Source: Marsupella aquatica (lineage: Eukaryota > Plantae > Marchantiophyta). Taken from it: 64,000 nucleotides of DNA. The position numbers were made by a program, and so were the translations under genes. Below, in pieces: positions 21,176-34,636 of this stretch. The stretch is from assembly GCA_973895155.1 (NCBI GenBank), contig OZ316897.1, positions 5,779,327 through 5,843,326 on the forward strand. Direction: 5' to 3'. The notes under the pieces were generated by a model. The model saw only the letters and a list, made by a program, of their open reading frames with translations. It was not told the DNA's origin and did not search any database. The first letter of the stretch is position 1, and each line of letters opens with the position of its first letter.

Positions 21176-23081
21176 ATGACTATGGCTCATCCAGGCTGTC
21201 TCCCTTCCAGTGGAGATTTTGATGCAGACTTGGTGGCTATGGATGATCCAGGGGAGTTAGAAAAGGTGCGTAAAGCTATGCAATCGACACATTCGCTGAT
21301 ACATGCTTTCAACCAGAGTTGGAAGTTCTTGGGAGGAAAAGGAAGCAAGGAGTCTCAGTTTCTGGAGTACCTGGAAAATATAGAGGCCAATGCTCCTGCC
21401 CTCGATGATTATGTGGAAACTAAGAATGCAACACTCTTGGGGGAGGATGGGGGGCCTTCGATCGATGCTCTCAACTCCTTCCTGTCCCTACTAGATGATG
21501 GGTGGGATGATCCTGCCTTCAATGGAATGCAGCCTGATTCTCAGGCACCTAGTGGGACCCCAATCAAGAGCGTGGTCAGGGTAGCACATGACAGATTCCA
21601 GCGGTCAGGATCGGGACTCTCGCAGGCGGAGGAGGCATCATGATAGAACACACAACAGCAATAGCAGCCTTGATGAGAGAAGACGGAAGGGGAAAGGGAA
21701 GGAGTATAGAGATGCAGATCCACACAGTAGAGGTACATACAAAAGAAGAAGAACAGAGGGAGATGCAAGGGCAGACAGAAGAGAGAGGTACTCACCTCAG
21801 CGTGAACGTCACTCCCACAAGAACCGACAACCTTCTCCTGTGCGACCTGTAACTACTGCTGTGAGTTGAGACAAACTCCCAACCATCACCTTGGATGCGT
21901 TTGATGCTAGGCCGGATGTTCTGGATGAGAAGGCCCTCACAAATCGAGTGCAGACGTGTTGTGCCAAGCACTATCCTGGTTGGACAACTTGGAAGGATCT
22001 TGCGCAGAACCCAAAGAAGCTTCAGCTCCTCCTGAACGATGTGCAAGCTGGGTTTAGGAACGGCCGTGAAAATAGACTACAGGCACATCAGACAGAAGAT
22101 CGTAGGCTACCTTGCAGATCGGAGGTTTAGATGGAGAAACAAGGTTCAAAAAATGAGATGCCCAAGGACAGAGCAATACCTGAAACCAGAAGGAATGAGC
22201 GACGCCGACTTCAATTGATCGTGGCTGAGTTGGAAGTAGCACCTGACACCCCAGTAGGCAAGCGAGTGCACATGGGGGACAAAGCTGCTGCAGCCCGCAA
22301 ATCAAATGGCCGCCTGCGTGTGACCAATTTCTGGGGCCAGGGAGGATGGCGAGGCTTCCTTGCAACCTATGTAAGTCCCCCACCCTCTTCAAAGCACAGC
22401 TTGTTCATGCTTCGGCCGCTGCGGTGAGAACATTGAATTAAAGTCGTTTTTCTCCTCTAATGTCGCAAGTTCTCAATTTTACGTCTAAACCCCCTACGTT
22501 CATCCTACCTAACGTTGTCTCTCATGACATTACATTTAATTAACGTCGTTTTTGCATCGTTAATATGGCAGTTCCACTATATACCTTGTCTTGGACAACG
22601 TTAATTAGAAAACGTTGTTAGGTACATTGTAATTAACGACGATGGTGACGACGTTCTCCAATTTCCTGTAGAAATGCAAGTTTGGAGCCAACGTCGAGCC
22701 AAGTGAGCAAGAGCGGCTCTATTCAAAACGCTATGGCACGGCGGCCCTATGGGCTAAGCTGGACTCTATCCCCAAGGACCACCTAGTGGTAAGTTACATA
22801 GTCAGGTTAGGTTCCTTCTATACTAGGTTTTGCATCCACTATTTGCAGGAGGTAAACTGATCCCTTATGTCATGTCCAGGAGGATTGGAGTCCTCCAGAG
22901 GGGTTAGTGGCACGGCCCATTGCGGAAGATGAGGAGGCAGATCATGGAGGGGAGGAGCCTGATACGCAGGAGGAGGCCTTAGTAGACTGTGGGCAAGAGG
23001 GCAGTTTAGGTACATAGGGCAGTCATCTTCTAACCTCTCCCCTCCAGTGGAGACTGATAGGGGTCATACCAGCCATAGACG

Positions 23082-23130
<49 letters not shown>

Positions 23131-23330
23131 AGAGAGGGGGAGGGAGGGAGAGACATAGAGAGAGGAAGAGGAGCCGTGTCGAGAGGGATACCACTAGGGG
23201 ACACAGTGGCACTAGAGATGTAGTCCCTAGGAGTAGAGGCAAGGGAGCTGCGGAGTTGGTGTCTGGTAGCAGTAGTTCAGACGAGGATCCACTTCGGTAC
23301 GAGTTGCGGCCCCGAGGCAAACAGTCAGAG
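21176..23330 (+). pseudogene. Decayed spliced transposon-associated gene of unknown function, divergent from the SET gene
   Basis: Chain of frameshifted ORFs with an Arg/Ser-rich segment; GTAAGT donor at 22371; repeat-filled intron to an AG near 22670. Confidence 0.35.
23085..23116 (+). repeat. (GA)16 microsatellite followed by a purine-rich tract
   Basis: Direct reading. Confidence 0.95.
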
Positions 23331-24089
23331 GCACCGCCATGTATTTCTATTCGCAGGTCTGGACGTGATAGGAGTCGCTCTCAGCGGCATTAGGGTATAC
23401 CATGCATGACTAGGTGGACATCCACCTGCATTTTGTACATTTTTGGCAAAAACTTTTGACGCCACCCATTTATAGTGGCATTCCGGACTTCATATGTCTA
23501 TTTTATGTGTATTCCGTGTGTATATGAACCTAAACCTAAAGCCCACCCAACTAAGGTAGCCTGGAAGGATGTTCCATACAAGATTAATGTTTACCACAAA
23601 TGGCACTCCATTCACGTCTCTCCATTCTTGGTACTATTTTCAAACGTTCTCGTTAACACCATTTTTACCAAGCCTCACACGACTTACTACTCATACGTCC
23701 TGGACAGACTCATCATTAACAAAGTCACAAACTACGTAATCTGACATTAACGTCGTTTTAAACGATGTTATCAGCTGATTTCCCTGTTCAATCTGCGTCC
23801 AGAATAACATCTTTATTTACAACGTTAATATGTAACGTAGTATGGACCGACGTATGTAATGTCATTTTGGACGATGTAAACTGTAACCTTTGTTACTTCA
23901 TACAAAACGTGCCCTCATTCACGTCGAGTATGTCGCCTTTCTTTAGCAGCAAGGAGATGTCGGGCTTAACGTCTTCATGTAACACGTAAAAAGTCCTGAT
24001 AATGTAGTTGTGTTACCCGCTGTACCGGCGGCATCACAGTGCCTTGTATTCTTCAGATTTTGTCTGTCCCTACGATTTATGAGCTGTTT

Positions 24090-25384
24090 TGCCGGTGAGG
24101 GGGGAGCGGGAGCATAGAGCTCCATGCAGAACCGCTCCACTTCTTCCAGTACCTCCTGCTTGTCTGTCACCGTTGTACCCTCCTCCCCTTCTAGGACCCT
24201 CATAGCTTCTCATTCTCGTTTGGCCTTGACAGTTGCAAAAAAGAACTTAGTAGATTCCTCCCCCTCGCCCAGCCATTTTACTCTCGCCATTTTCCTGCAT
24301 TGGTATGCTTCTTCAAATTTGGCTACATGTAGTTTGTCTTCTAACAAGAAAAGATTGAGAGCGTTTGCCTCAGAGTAGTCCTCTACTATAGTGCTTTTTA
24401 AAGCCCTGACTTCCTCCCTTAGGAAGTGCATCTCTTCCGCTGCTTATCGTGGAGTAGCCTGTATCTCCATATATTGTTTCCTTAGGCTTTTGCTGCTCTG
24501 GAAACTTGTAGGTGTGGGTCCTGCTCCTCAGCTCCTCCTGTACACCATGCTGCCTCTAGTAGCTTAATGTTTGCTTCTGAACGTAGAATAGACGAATTTG
24601 CTTTAAAGAATCTTACTCTACCTCTTTCATCTTCCTTCTCCGCCCGTTGTAAACAGAATATGGCAATGATAGGGTCGTGGTCCAAAAGGGCAGTACCCCC
24701 TTCGTGCGTAATTGATACTGTACCCTCCAGCCACCAGCCCTTATTGCTAATGTAGAATCGGTCGAGTCTTGATTGTGTCAGAGAATTGTTGCGCTGCCTT
24801 CTCCAAGTGTACCATGACCCTATTATGCCTCGGTTGAGCTCTTTAGCATCGATCAAATCCAGCCTGACCTCTAGGAATCTCCAATACTCCGCTTCTTGCC
24901 CTTTCAGTAAAGAAGCGCCTCCAGATGAATCCGTCCGGGATTCCGTCATATTGAAATCGCCACAGAGAATCCAGTTGGCTTGTGGCAGCTCCAGTTTTAG
25001 ATCATGCCATAGTAGAGCTCTCAATCTTGAAGAGTTAGGAGCGTAAATGCTTACCACCCCCAACGTGTAGGAGGGCATCTCAATTGTTACCCATGCTGCT
25101 TTCCCCAGTGCAAGTTTGCCCGATGTTATGATCTGTAGTGAGGGGTGGATCAATAAGGCCGTTCCGCCACGTCCTTCATCCGGTTCTGCCAAAAAATATT
25201 GGTATGACGGTAGAATTGCCCAAAGTGCAATATCGAGTCTAAATTGGTCTACTTTGACTTCTTGTAATGCTAGAATCCCAAGTGAGTCTTTCAAAGAGCT
25301 CACCCAATTTTGTACTACATATTTCCTGTTGGGCTCTCCGAGCCCACAAACATTCCACGAGGCAATCGTTAGTGTGCTATCCAT
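24090..25384 (-). pseudogene. L1/Tx1-type LINE ORF2 5' fragment (endonuclease and linker)
   Basis: SWNVCGL, LQEVK, SIYAPN, WILCGDFN, SRLDRFY, DHDPI, then KWLGEGEESTKFFF; RT absent. Confidence 0.88.
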
Positions 25385-25681
25385 TCATGTAAAGCTGAGA
25401 GCCTATGGTCTTTTTGCCAGATTATATCCTAAGACGGCCCCCAGGTGAGGGGTTAGCTATAGTGTGTCGTTGGGCATCGTTACTGTAAAGTCCGGGTGAG
25501 GCAATTGGTATCACCATGCCACTTCCTCTGAATTCCTGAAGGTTTCCCTGATTGCCCATTCTGGTACGTGGGTGGGGTGGTGATTGTACTTCCCCAATTG
25601 GTTGTGCCTCGTGATCCTCCATCTCCTTCCCTGCATCAATCATTGGATCATGTGAGAAACTCAATGCTTGTTTCTTCTTAT

Positions 25682-26037
25682 TGTGGTGCGTCCCATGGCT
25701 CCCCAAACCCAAGAAAACCCCCTTGCTCAAGCCGATTCCCGTAGGTTTCATCCTCAGCGAGGCCATTTCTGCGGCTTAGCGGCATGGGATGCTGCTAACT
25801 CTCCTTCTACTACTATTAACATTTTACCCACATATACTGGACAGATCCTTCATCGGGTCATGAGATACTTAGCCGGCCTATTCTAGGCCTTCCCTTGTAT
25901 TCCTCTCCTGGTCTTCCATTAGGTATGTTTGGATTCCCCCGCCGAAATGATCCCCAATTGGCTTGGTTAAGCCGCTAAGACCTCTCTCAGCTCGACACAT
26001 CCAACTCTCACTCCCTTGCTACTTCCCTTCATTGATG
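25682..26037 (-). repeat. Inverted 356-bp terminal fragment of a family A (C-type) LTR
   Basis: Begins TGTGGTGCGTCCC; carries the ATGAAGGGAAGTAGCAAGG variant seen near 42972; joins the PBS remnant of C at GATG. Confidence 0.9.
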
Positions 26038-26090
26038 GAGGGGGCATTTCTTAAGCCGTGAGATATGAAGTTAGGAAGGAAGCGTGGGTA

Positions 26091-29000
26091 ATGACTGAAC
26101 CTACGCCGAGAGAGGAAAGAGCAATTCAACGGGAGAGAGCTCGTCTGCAGCAGCTCGCCGGGTGGCATGATACACAGCGACTGAGAGGGGCAGAAAGAGC
26201 TAGTAGCTCCGTAACTGAAAGTGGCATCGAAGAAAACATACCAGAAGAAGGGTCGGTAAGGAGAAGTGAGTCTCCAACCGACATGGGGGAACCAGAGGCA
26301 CGGCCAGACGAGAGGCCAGGGACCAGACTGAGCCAACGGTCGCGTATTCATTACAAGGCCTTTCATGGAAGAGGAGATGAGGATCCGGACGAATGGTTGG
26401 ATGACTTCGAAGGAACCGCTGCAGCAAATGGAGAATCGGCTATTAAGATGCAAATTCTTCCCGGCCTGTTCAAGGGTGAGGCTAGGCCTTGGTACAGAGC
26501 ATTGGACGTAGAAGATCAAGCCATCTGGAATACTTTCAGATCACTATTTATCAAGGAGTTTCGACCCATTGGAACTTCAGAGTTAGCAGTGCTAAAGTTG
26601 GGACGACTTCGGTTCAAGGAGAACAAATCCTTCAGGAAGTTCTTGCAACGCTTCCAAAAGCTGGTAAGACGTACAAAGACCAATGCATCTGAAGGTATGC
26701 AACTTCAATGGTTAGTGAATGCTTTGCCACAGAAGATGAGTTTTGCAATTAGGAAGGAGAATCCAAAGACTTTAGCCGAGGCAATTAGAGATATTCAATT
26801 ATACATTAATGCAGATATCACAAGCCGGAAGAAACAACTTAAGTCTGAGAGTTCCTCATTGGAGGAAGGATCACCCCATAAGAAAAAAGATAAGAAAAAG
26901 AAACATTCTAAGAAGTCAAGAAGTGATAACTCAAGCTCGGATAGTGGCAGTAGCAAGAGTGAGTCATCTTCTAGTTCTGAAGAAGAAAAATTTAGGAAAA
27001 AGAAGGGCAGAAGGAGGGGGAAGTTGAAAGTCAAACTAGAGGCTAAAACGCCAGATAACATCATAGCCCTTACCGAGCAGCTTAAGGCTATAATAGTAGA
27101 GGTAAAACCAAAGAAGAAGGTAGTACAGGAGGATAGCTATGTATGGTGTACCTTATGTTATAAAACCGGACACCATAAAGATGCGTGTCCTAAACTTAAT
27201 ACCAGTCATGTTCGGCATGTGGCCGAGGTCAGACCGAGTCAGGGAGAAGTAGAGTACTTCCTAGGAGATGCTGCTGATAGTGTTTTCGGCATCAGTGAGA
27301 CTGGAGCATGAGATCTATCCAACCGACCTGAATCTCTCTGGTCAGGATTAAGGAACAATCCGGGAGAGATGTATCCTCGGATTATTCAAAATCCGTCAGT
27401 ACCTCCTAGGCCGAATGTGCAAAGATTTGCGGCATGCTATAATTGTGGCCAACCTGGCCATTTTGCTAGAGAATGTCTGAATGCACGCAAACAAGGTGAT
27501 GGACAACCAGCTCAGCTATGTATGGGATGCCGACAGGAGCGTCACATGCTAGGACAATGTCCTACTTGGTTGGCAGGCCTGGCCGCAAATCATAAGCTCT
27601 TGCCAGTCAAGGTTTTACCGCCAGGTACTACCCCTGGAGGAGTTCAAATCAACCACATCGAACTCGGATGGCAAACGGATGCCAAAGCAGAGTTCGGACC
27701 ATCCGATGATGAGGCCAAGGCCCTATCAACCTTCTCAGAGGAGGATTTGGATCATGATTGCTACCGGGTCTCTACTCGATCTACCAGAAGGAAGGAAAGG
27801 TGGGATGGGTTGGCCAAAAATAAAGGGAAGGATAAGGAAGAAAGAATCGACTCTTCGTCAACATCAATAGAAGGGGAAGGAAAGGCATCGGCAACACATG
27901 TAAGCCATGAGCCCACCAGTGAGCCCAATCCCTCAGAGGATAGCGACTTCAATCGAGATCACCCCAAGTTGTTCTACCCCTCTATTACGGCTAGTGTTAA
28001 GGAACAATTGCGAGAATTAGAAACCTTGGAGAATACCGAAGCTATAGCGAAGGATGTGAAACGAGCAAAAGCGTTGTTTGCTTCGGAGGATCCAATGGTT
28101 GTGGAAACCAATGTGGAAAAACAGGCCGAAGCCAAGATGAAGACACCGCCAGAAGAGAAGCCGATAGTTCCCTATGACCTGGCTAAAGATGTGCTAGAAT
28201 CTAGAGTCTTGGCAACCGTAGGTCAACTATTGAAAAATATCCCGTACTTCCGGAAGCAGTTAAGGAAGGCGATTCTCGGCAAGCCGAGATTACCCAAGGT
28301 AGCAACCAAATCCGATGTGCTGATGATAGAAGAAGATCAAGGAGCCCCAGCATTACCATTAATGATTCAAGGAGAAATATTATTGCGAGTACCCATTGAT
28401 GGAGGATCCGGGGTATGTATTATGACTGATTCAACAGCAAAAGGATGGGGTCTAACACTGGAGATGACTGGAAGAGTGTTAAACATGACCAATGGGTATC
28501 AGGTCATTCCCACGGGAGTGTTAACCGGCATCAAGACTAAGATAGGAGGAATCTTCTTTAGCATTAATTATGTAGTAATCAAGCCGGTAGACCCTACGTT
28601 GTTTAGGCTTTTAATTGGCAGGCCATGGCTGTACCTAGCCAAAGTAATAGAGGATTGGGGTAAGAAGGAGTTCACCTTTGGGGCCCCATCTATCACGGTA
28701 TCCTGGGACACCAAGGATGACCGCAGGAAAAACATCAGGGAGATAGATGGGTACGACAGTGGACTGGAATCCGCCGATGAAGTACGTTGGCTAGAATGCC
28801 TCACTGACCTAACCAAAGAAAGTGTGTTTGGATCGGAAGTGCCCCCCACCGGACTATGGCACGAACCTATGGAGAGTAACCTGGAGGAAGGTGAAGAAGA
28901 GACCGAGGATTGCTTTGCCATAGAGTCAACATTTTTAGCTTCAATTCCGGAGGAGACACACTTAAGAGGCGGATCGGCTAGATGAAATGGCTAGATGCAC

Positions 29001-30800
29001 CAGAGATAGTGGATTTTCCTCGGGCGTTGTGGCAGAGCCAACAGGATCCACAACGCCGTCTATCATCGGCAACAAATTAAATACCAAGGGATCGGCTTAC
29101 AAGCCGATCACAAGGGCAGAACAAATTGAGGCCCTGCTAGAAGCCGGAAGAGCACGACGGCCTGACCCTCAGGAAGCAGGAATAGATAAGATGCACGGGA
29201 AGAAACCAGAGCCGAGTCAGGAAGGGGAGCCGACAACCAATTCAAAACCAAGCAGAACGGTAAGGGAACAGTCTGTTAATAACCAGGGAGAACCTAAGTC
29301 AACCAATTTGGCTAGTACTGCCGAGATTCCAGTCTATGGAGGTATGAGACTGGAGAGGCTGGAAGCCGAGTTGGACCCAAATTTGAAGAAGCAGATTAAT
29401 ATGATCCAAGCACGGCAATACCGGAAGCTAGACTTAGGAGAAGGAAGGGAACTGAACTTGGGGCGGGACCTAGCACCTGAGCTTGAGAAAGAGATCAGTG
29501 AATTACTAATTGAATTTCAGGATGTGTTCGCATGGAGTCACCAAGATCTGAAGGGAGTAGACCCAAAACTAGGAGAACACCGAATCGATCTCATGTTAGG
29601 GGCCAAATCATTTTGACAACCGATTTGAAGGATGAACCCTAAGTATTCTCTGATGGTCAAGGCTGAAATTGATAAACTAGTGGAAGCCGGATTCATCACT
29701 CCAGTCCTGCATTCAGATTGGGTGTCTCCAATTGTGATAGTTCCCAAGAAAGCTGGACCCAATGGTAATTAAACCAAAGATCCGGGTTTGTCAGGATTAC
29801 AGGAAGTTGAATGAGGCTACGTTAAAAGACCATTTTCCATAAGACATCCACTGCACCCTATTCTACCTCTGGCACCATTTGAGAAGTGGGGTATTGATTA
29901 CATTGGACCCCTGAAACCATTGACCCATCCTCGAAGAAACAAGTACATAATCCTGGCCACAGATTATGCAACTAAGTGGGTAGAGGCCAGGCCGACAACG
30001 AAGGATGATGCAATTACTACGGCTCGATCATGTATGAGCAGATCTTCACCAGGTATGGCGCACCCTTAGAATTAGTTAGTGATAGAGGAACCCATTTTCT
30101 GAATGATATAATCAGTCGTTTAAATGAGCAGTATTTAGTTAGACATAGGTCTACTACTCCCTACCACCCAAAGGCAAACGGGTTGACAGAACGAGCCAAT
30201 GGAATTATAGGAAAAATATTAAACAAAACTATAGCCTAGAACAAACTCGATTGGGATGATAAATTGTTTGCTGTTGTTTTTGCTTACAATTTAGCCTATA
30301 AATCCACTACCGGTCATACACCTTTTTTCTTAACCTTTGGGCAGGAAGCTCTGGTACCCATGCAACTTGAGATCCCTACATTTCAAGTTACAATTGAGGA
30401 GAGAACCTCAGAGGAGGAAAGCCTAAAGGATCGAGAATATAGATTAGAGGCCTTAGAAGAGGCAAGAATGATTTCAGCCGAGAGAGTAGAATATAGACAG
30501 AATACCATGAAGCAGCGGTATGATAAAAGGTTGAAACTAGTTAGTATTCACACAGGAGATCTTGTATTACTTTATGATAGTAGGTATAGTAGGTTTCCGG
30601 GGAAACTTTACACTTGCTGGTTAGGACCTTTCAGGGTATCAATGAAGTTCTCTAATGGCTCTGTGCAATTGGCCAACATAACTGGAGAGGTGTACCCAGT
30701 TCGCATCCATTACGACCGCCTCAAGAAATACTATATGGACGAAGATGAAGTTGTTCGCGAGCACGCTTCACAATTAAGTGGGGAGCTATGTGATGCCTAG
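26091..30800 (+). pseudogene. gag-PR and deleted pol of copy C
   Basis: ORFs of 417, 538, 209, 69 and 178 aa match element A; about 1.47 kb (A 5098-6564) is missing. Confidence 0.9.
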
Positions 30801-33800
30801 CCAGGAATCACTAGGCCGGTTACATGGTAAAAGTAGGAGTGTACCCTGGAAACACCTTAGTATAGTAACAAGACAAGGAAAATATGAACAATTAAGGGTG
30901 ACTATGGAACCCGGGCCGAGGCCGGAAGTAAGGACGTTGGGGGAGAGAACACGATTAGGGTTAGGGCGCGCTAAGCGTCGGCGGCTAGGGGTGACCAACG
31001 GGAGGGAAGACCAGAGGAGGAGAGGGGTAAGGACCACTCGCGAGGAATGGTGGCTCATTTGCAAGCACAAACTGGGCAGACGACTACGGGAGGCCAAATA
31101 CTGTCAGCTACTTAGGCAAGCACTCTGGGTGGGAATAGATACCAACGATCGAGTCAAGGAGGGTATGAGCAACGTCAATCAAGCGGCACATTTTTGGGGA
31201 TGCCTGTTCAAACGGGCAACTGAGTACATTGGGACTTACGAGGATGAAGAATCGGAGAGAGCAGCTCGAGAACGGCAGGAGCTCGCTCGACTGTGGGAGC
31301 TGCAAAAGTCTGCCTTCTTAGGAGGAGAACTCATCAAGGCCGAGTTCTTGTGGACTCCTACTGCCAATCAGCTCAATGACCTTCTGTTTTGCGAAGACAG
31401 AATCGTCGGCATCCGGGAAGCCATCAACCACTGCAACAACACGCACTGGGAGTTGAAGGGTAGCACGGAAGGGTGGACAAAGGCAACTGTGCTAGGAGAA
31501 ACATCCACGGCAGCCGAGATGAAGAGGAAAGGAAACAACAACGAAGAGGCCACCCCGGCAAAAAGAACGAGGTCGGCGGCACCAAGGAAACCAGCAGAAC
31601 AGCAGAACAAGAGGCAGGGAGAAGCCGAAGAGGAGGAAGTCGATCCCATCAATGCCATTCCAACAAAGGATGACACCTGGAAAGGCTAGGCGACGACCCT
31701 ACCAGAGGAAGTGCAATTACATTTTGCACGGGAGGAGGATGCATGCTTTATGGCCATGCATACCAAGAAGTATCAGGGCTTCATGGCCGGATCCGGCTTG
31801 GAAGCCTTCGTAAGATTACCATGGCTGAAGTCGGTGGTGCCGGACTCAGACTTATTAGAATTCGTGGGATCATGGGAACCCGAGACCAATTCCACGAGGG
31901 TGTATGGGAAGGATTTCTATCTCACTCCCCGGGTGATTGCCGAGGTGTTTGGCTTGCCGATGGGTAATAAGACCAAGGTTGATACCAGGAAGACCTTACC
32001 TGACAAGGAGTTCCGATCGTTCCCAGGACCATCAATGAAGAATGGCTTCTTCCAGAACACCTGCACCAACCCGCACATCGGAGAGATGATCGATTTCTTG
32101 CGGGTGACCATGCATTGTAACTTGTCGAGGGCAGAGATCGGCAAGGCTCAGGTCTACCTGGCAGAAAGGCCAGACCCAAGCCGAGATTACAACGGGTACC
32201 TCCTCAACCAACTGAAGAAGATCTTGAAGGAGGAACAGCAGGTGATCGGCGTGGGAAGCGTGTCCCGGCTTGGCTATCACATGCCGCTGTTGTGCCGGTA
32301 TGCCAGAAATCAAATCTTTGCCCCAGTACTTCCCCTATCGGCAAGGGCACCGGAGGAGGTTCCGGAGCAGAGGCCGGCAACAGAAGAGCCCAACCAGCAT
32401 GCCAGTCCTACAATCGAGCAGGTGTTTTGGCCAAGGAAAGAAGACTTGCCGATGCAGCAATCAGGCATGTAGAATCTGCTGAAAATGCTGGAGAAGGAGA
32501 GAACGACACCAGCAATGGCAACTGCACCGGTACAGGACACTGCCCCAGAGGCCGGCCTAAGCCGACTCAGGAGGGAAAACCCCTTTACCGGAGCCAAAGA
32601 AAGAAGGAGGCCGGAACACAAGCCGGGAGTGCGAATGTATGTGGGAGCCTCAAGCCTCAAATCGGAGGCAGAGCAGCCTAAGGCTCCTTCCCACGGAGAG
32701 CAGAGGGAGAGGACAGCCTGGAACCCAGAGGAGGAACAAGAGCCCGTGATCTGTGAGGCCATTTTCACGGCAGGACCAGGGGAACAGAGGGGGAAGCCGG
32801 GAGTCCAAGTAGTGGAGGAGGCGGTGGAGGACTACAACAATGATAACTCCGGCTATGGGTTGGATCATCATGTTCCAGGAGTAAGGACCTGTGGCCGATT
32901 TATCCCCACGCTTCCAAGAGTAGTTTGAGGGGACCCCACCCAACAGAGTAGCCCCGAGTCTCCCCCACCAGAGGTTGCTCCCCCGAGCTTTGACGGCATA
33001 AAGCAGACGGCACAAGAATTTCAGGAGCGACTCATGGAGGAAGAGAAAGCAGCCCTGGCTAGGGAGAAAGATTTACCAGGAGGAGATTGGCCGAAGGACA
33101 TCAGGCGGCTTGCCGAGAAAAGAAGCAACCCTCTTGCCACCGTAGAAGAAATCTGCAAGGCGGCTTGGGAACAGAGGCCAAGGTGGTTGATGCCAATGAC
33201 TTCTACTTACTCCACCTATGCTAAAGATAGAGCCATGGAGTACGGGGAGATGTGTGGGGACCTGGCGCTTAGCATCTTCGGGGAGGAGTTGGAGCAGGGA
33301 CCTTTCTTCCAGAGGGAGAGGTGGGAGAAGCACCGATTAGAAGAAGCGGTGGCTTTGGAGAGAAGCAAGAAGGATGAGGTCATCCGGTGGCTTAGGGAGA
33401 GCCCAAGATGAGCTGCGGATTAAGCGGCATGAGCTAAACATCATGCAAGGACAATTGGATGCTGCTCAGTCTGGCAATCAGATTATCAAGGATAAACTGA
33501 CTCGGACCCAAGGAGAGTTGGCCAACGCGGTCAAGGACAGGGAAAAGTGGAAGTAGGAGTTGAGGGACGCAGAGGAGGCCCACTTAACCGCCAACAACTG
33601 GGCCATGGCGGGGACTCAGAGAAGGGAGAGGGCGTTGAAAGGAGAGCTCGAAGATATCCGCGGAGCCCTTGAGCAGAGTTAGGGAAATCCTATCAAGGGA
33701 TTATTGCGCTGCAGCAGGAGCTTGCATCCCTGACAGCCAGCTTCAAGGCCGACCTGCGTGAAAAGGACAACCAGCTCGACCAGACTTATGCCAAGATGAA

Positions 33801-34169
33801 TAAAATGGAGTTTGAGGTCGTAGCAGAGCTCGAGAAGGAGCTAAGAGCAACCCAGGAGGAGAGGGCTACCTTAAAGAAGGAATTGGAGGAAGCCCAGAAA
33901 GAATTGGAGGAAGCCAAAAAGGAACTGAAGGAGGCGCGCAAGGACCTGGACGAGACCCAGGAGGAGTTGGAGGAAATCACGAGGAAGATGGAGAACTTAC
34001 AGCGGCGGGCCGACAACCAAACGGAGCGGCTGAAGAAACAAGCCGCAGTATTTAAATGCTTGCCTTCATCAGGTCCAACTCCAATTGGGGCAACCCAGTT
34101 ACCAGGGGTAGTATTGGCCGAAGGACAAGCCGAGACACACGCCCCGGTGCCGGAGGTAGGTAGCAAGGG
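30789..34169 (+). repeat. Left part of the 3' LTR of copy C, with decayed LTR ORF
   Basis: Starts TGTGATGCC after the PPT; ORF fragments match 7628-10840. Confidence 0.9.
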
Positions 34170-34528
34170 TGTGACGCCGCCGGTACGGCGAGTAATAAGT
34201 AATTCGGTCTAAACCATGCTTAGCACACGCGTTAGGGGTATCTTAGGTCGCTATGATTAGCATAATGACAGTATTTAGGTAGCCATTATGAGTAGGAAAT
34301 CATTAGTCAATAAGGGGAATTCATGTTCGGGCTGACGGTGCGTCGCCATTCGCATGCCCGAGTTACGAGCGTGGGGGGGCCCCTCCCTCGGGTCCGTATA
34401 ACGAACTTCGGGAGAAGTCCACTCACACGCGGTGACTCAGACCGGCGGAGTGGCCGGTACACTACAAGCGTGAACGGTTTAGCCTATAGGCAACAAGGAG
34501 ATGTCGGGGGATCGACAAGCCCTCAAGG

Positions 34529-34536
34529 TATAAAAA
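34529..34536 (+). promoter_or_regulatory. TATA-box candidate of the family B LTR
   Basis: TATAAAAA 108 nt before ATG 34637, followed by a CT-rich tract; conserved at 54337-54343 on the minus strand. Confidence 0.55.
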
Positions 34537-34636
34537 GGGAGCCGGCCCTTTGTAGTGCACCAGTCCATCAGTCCACGCGCCAGCTTTGACCCCAGCTCTC
34601 TCGTTCTCTCTTAGTCGCCACTACTATCTCCTCTGA

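Larger units (their letters stand above)
12170..24010. mobile_element. Degenerate CACTA/En-Spm-like DNA transposon region, interrupted by a LINE; boundaries approximate
   Basis: DUF4216-like transposase C-terminus; transposase-associated CPC motif; dense AACGTC/GACGTT clusters at about 13190-13410, 20830-21050, 22440-22660 and 23620-23990; TGTAGTTG near 24004 may be a decayed right end. Confidence 0.6.
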
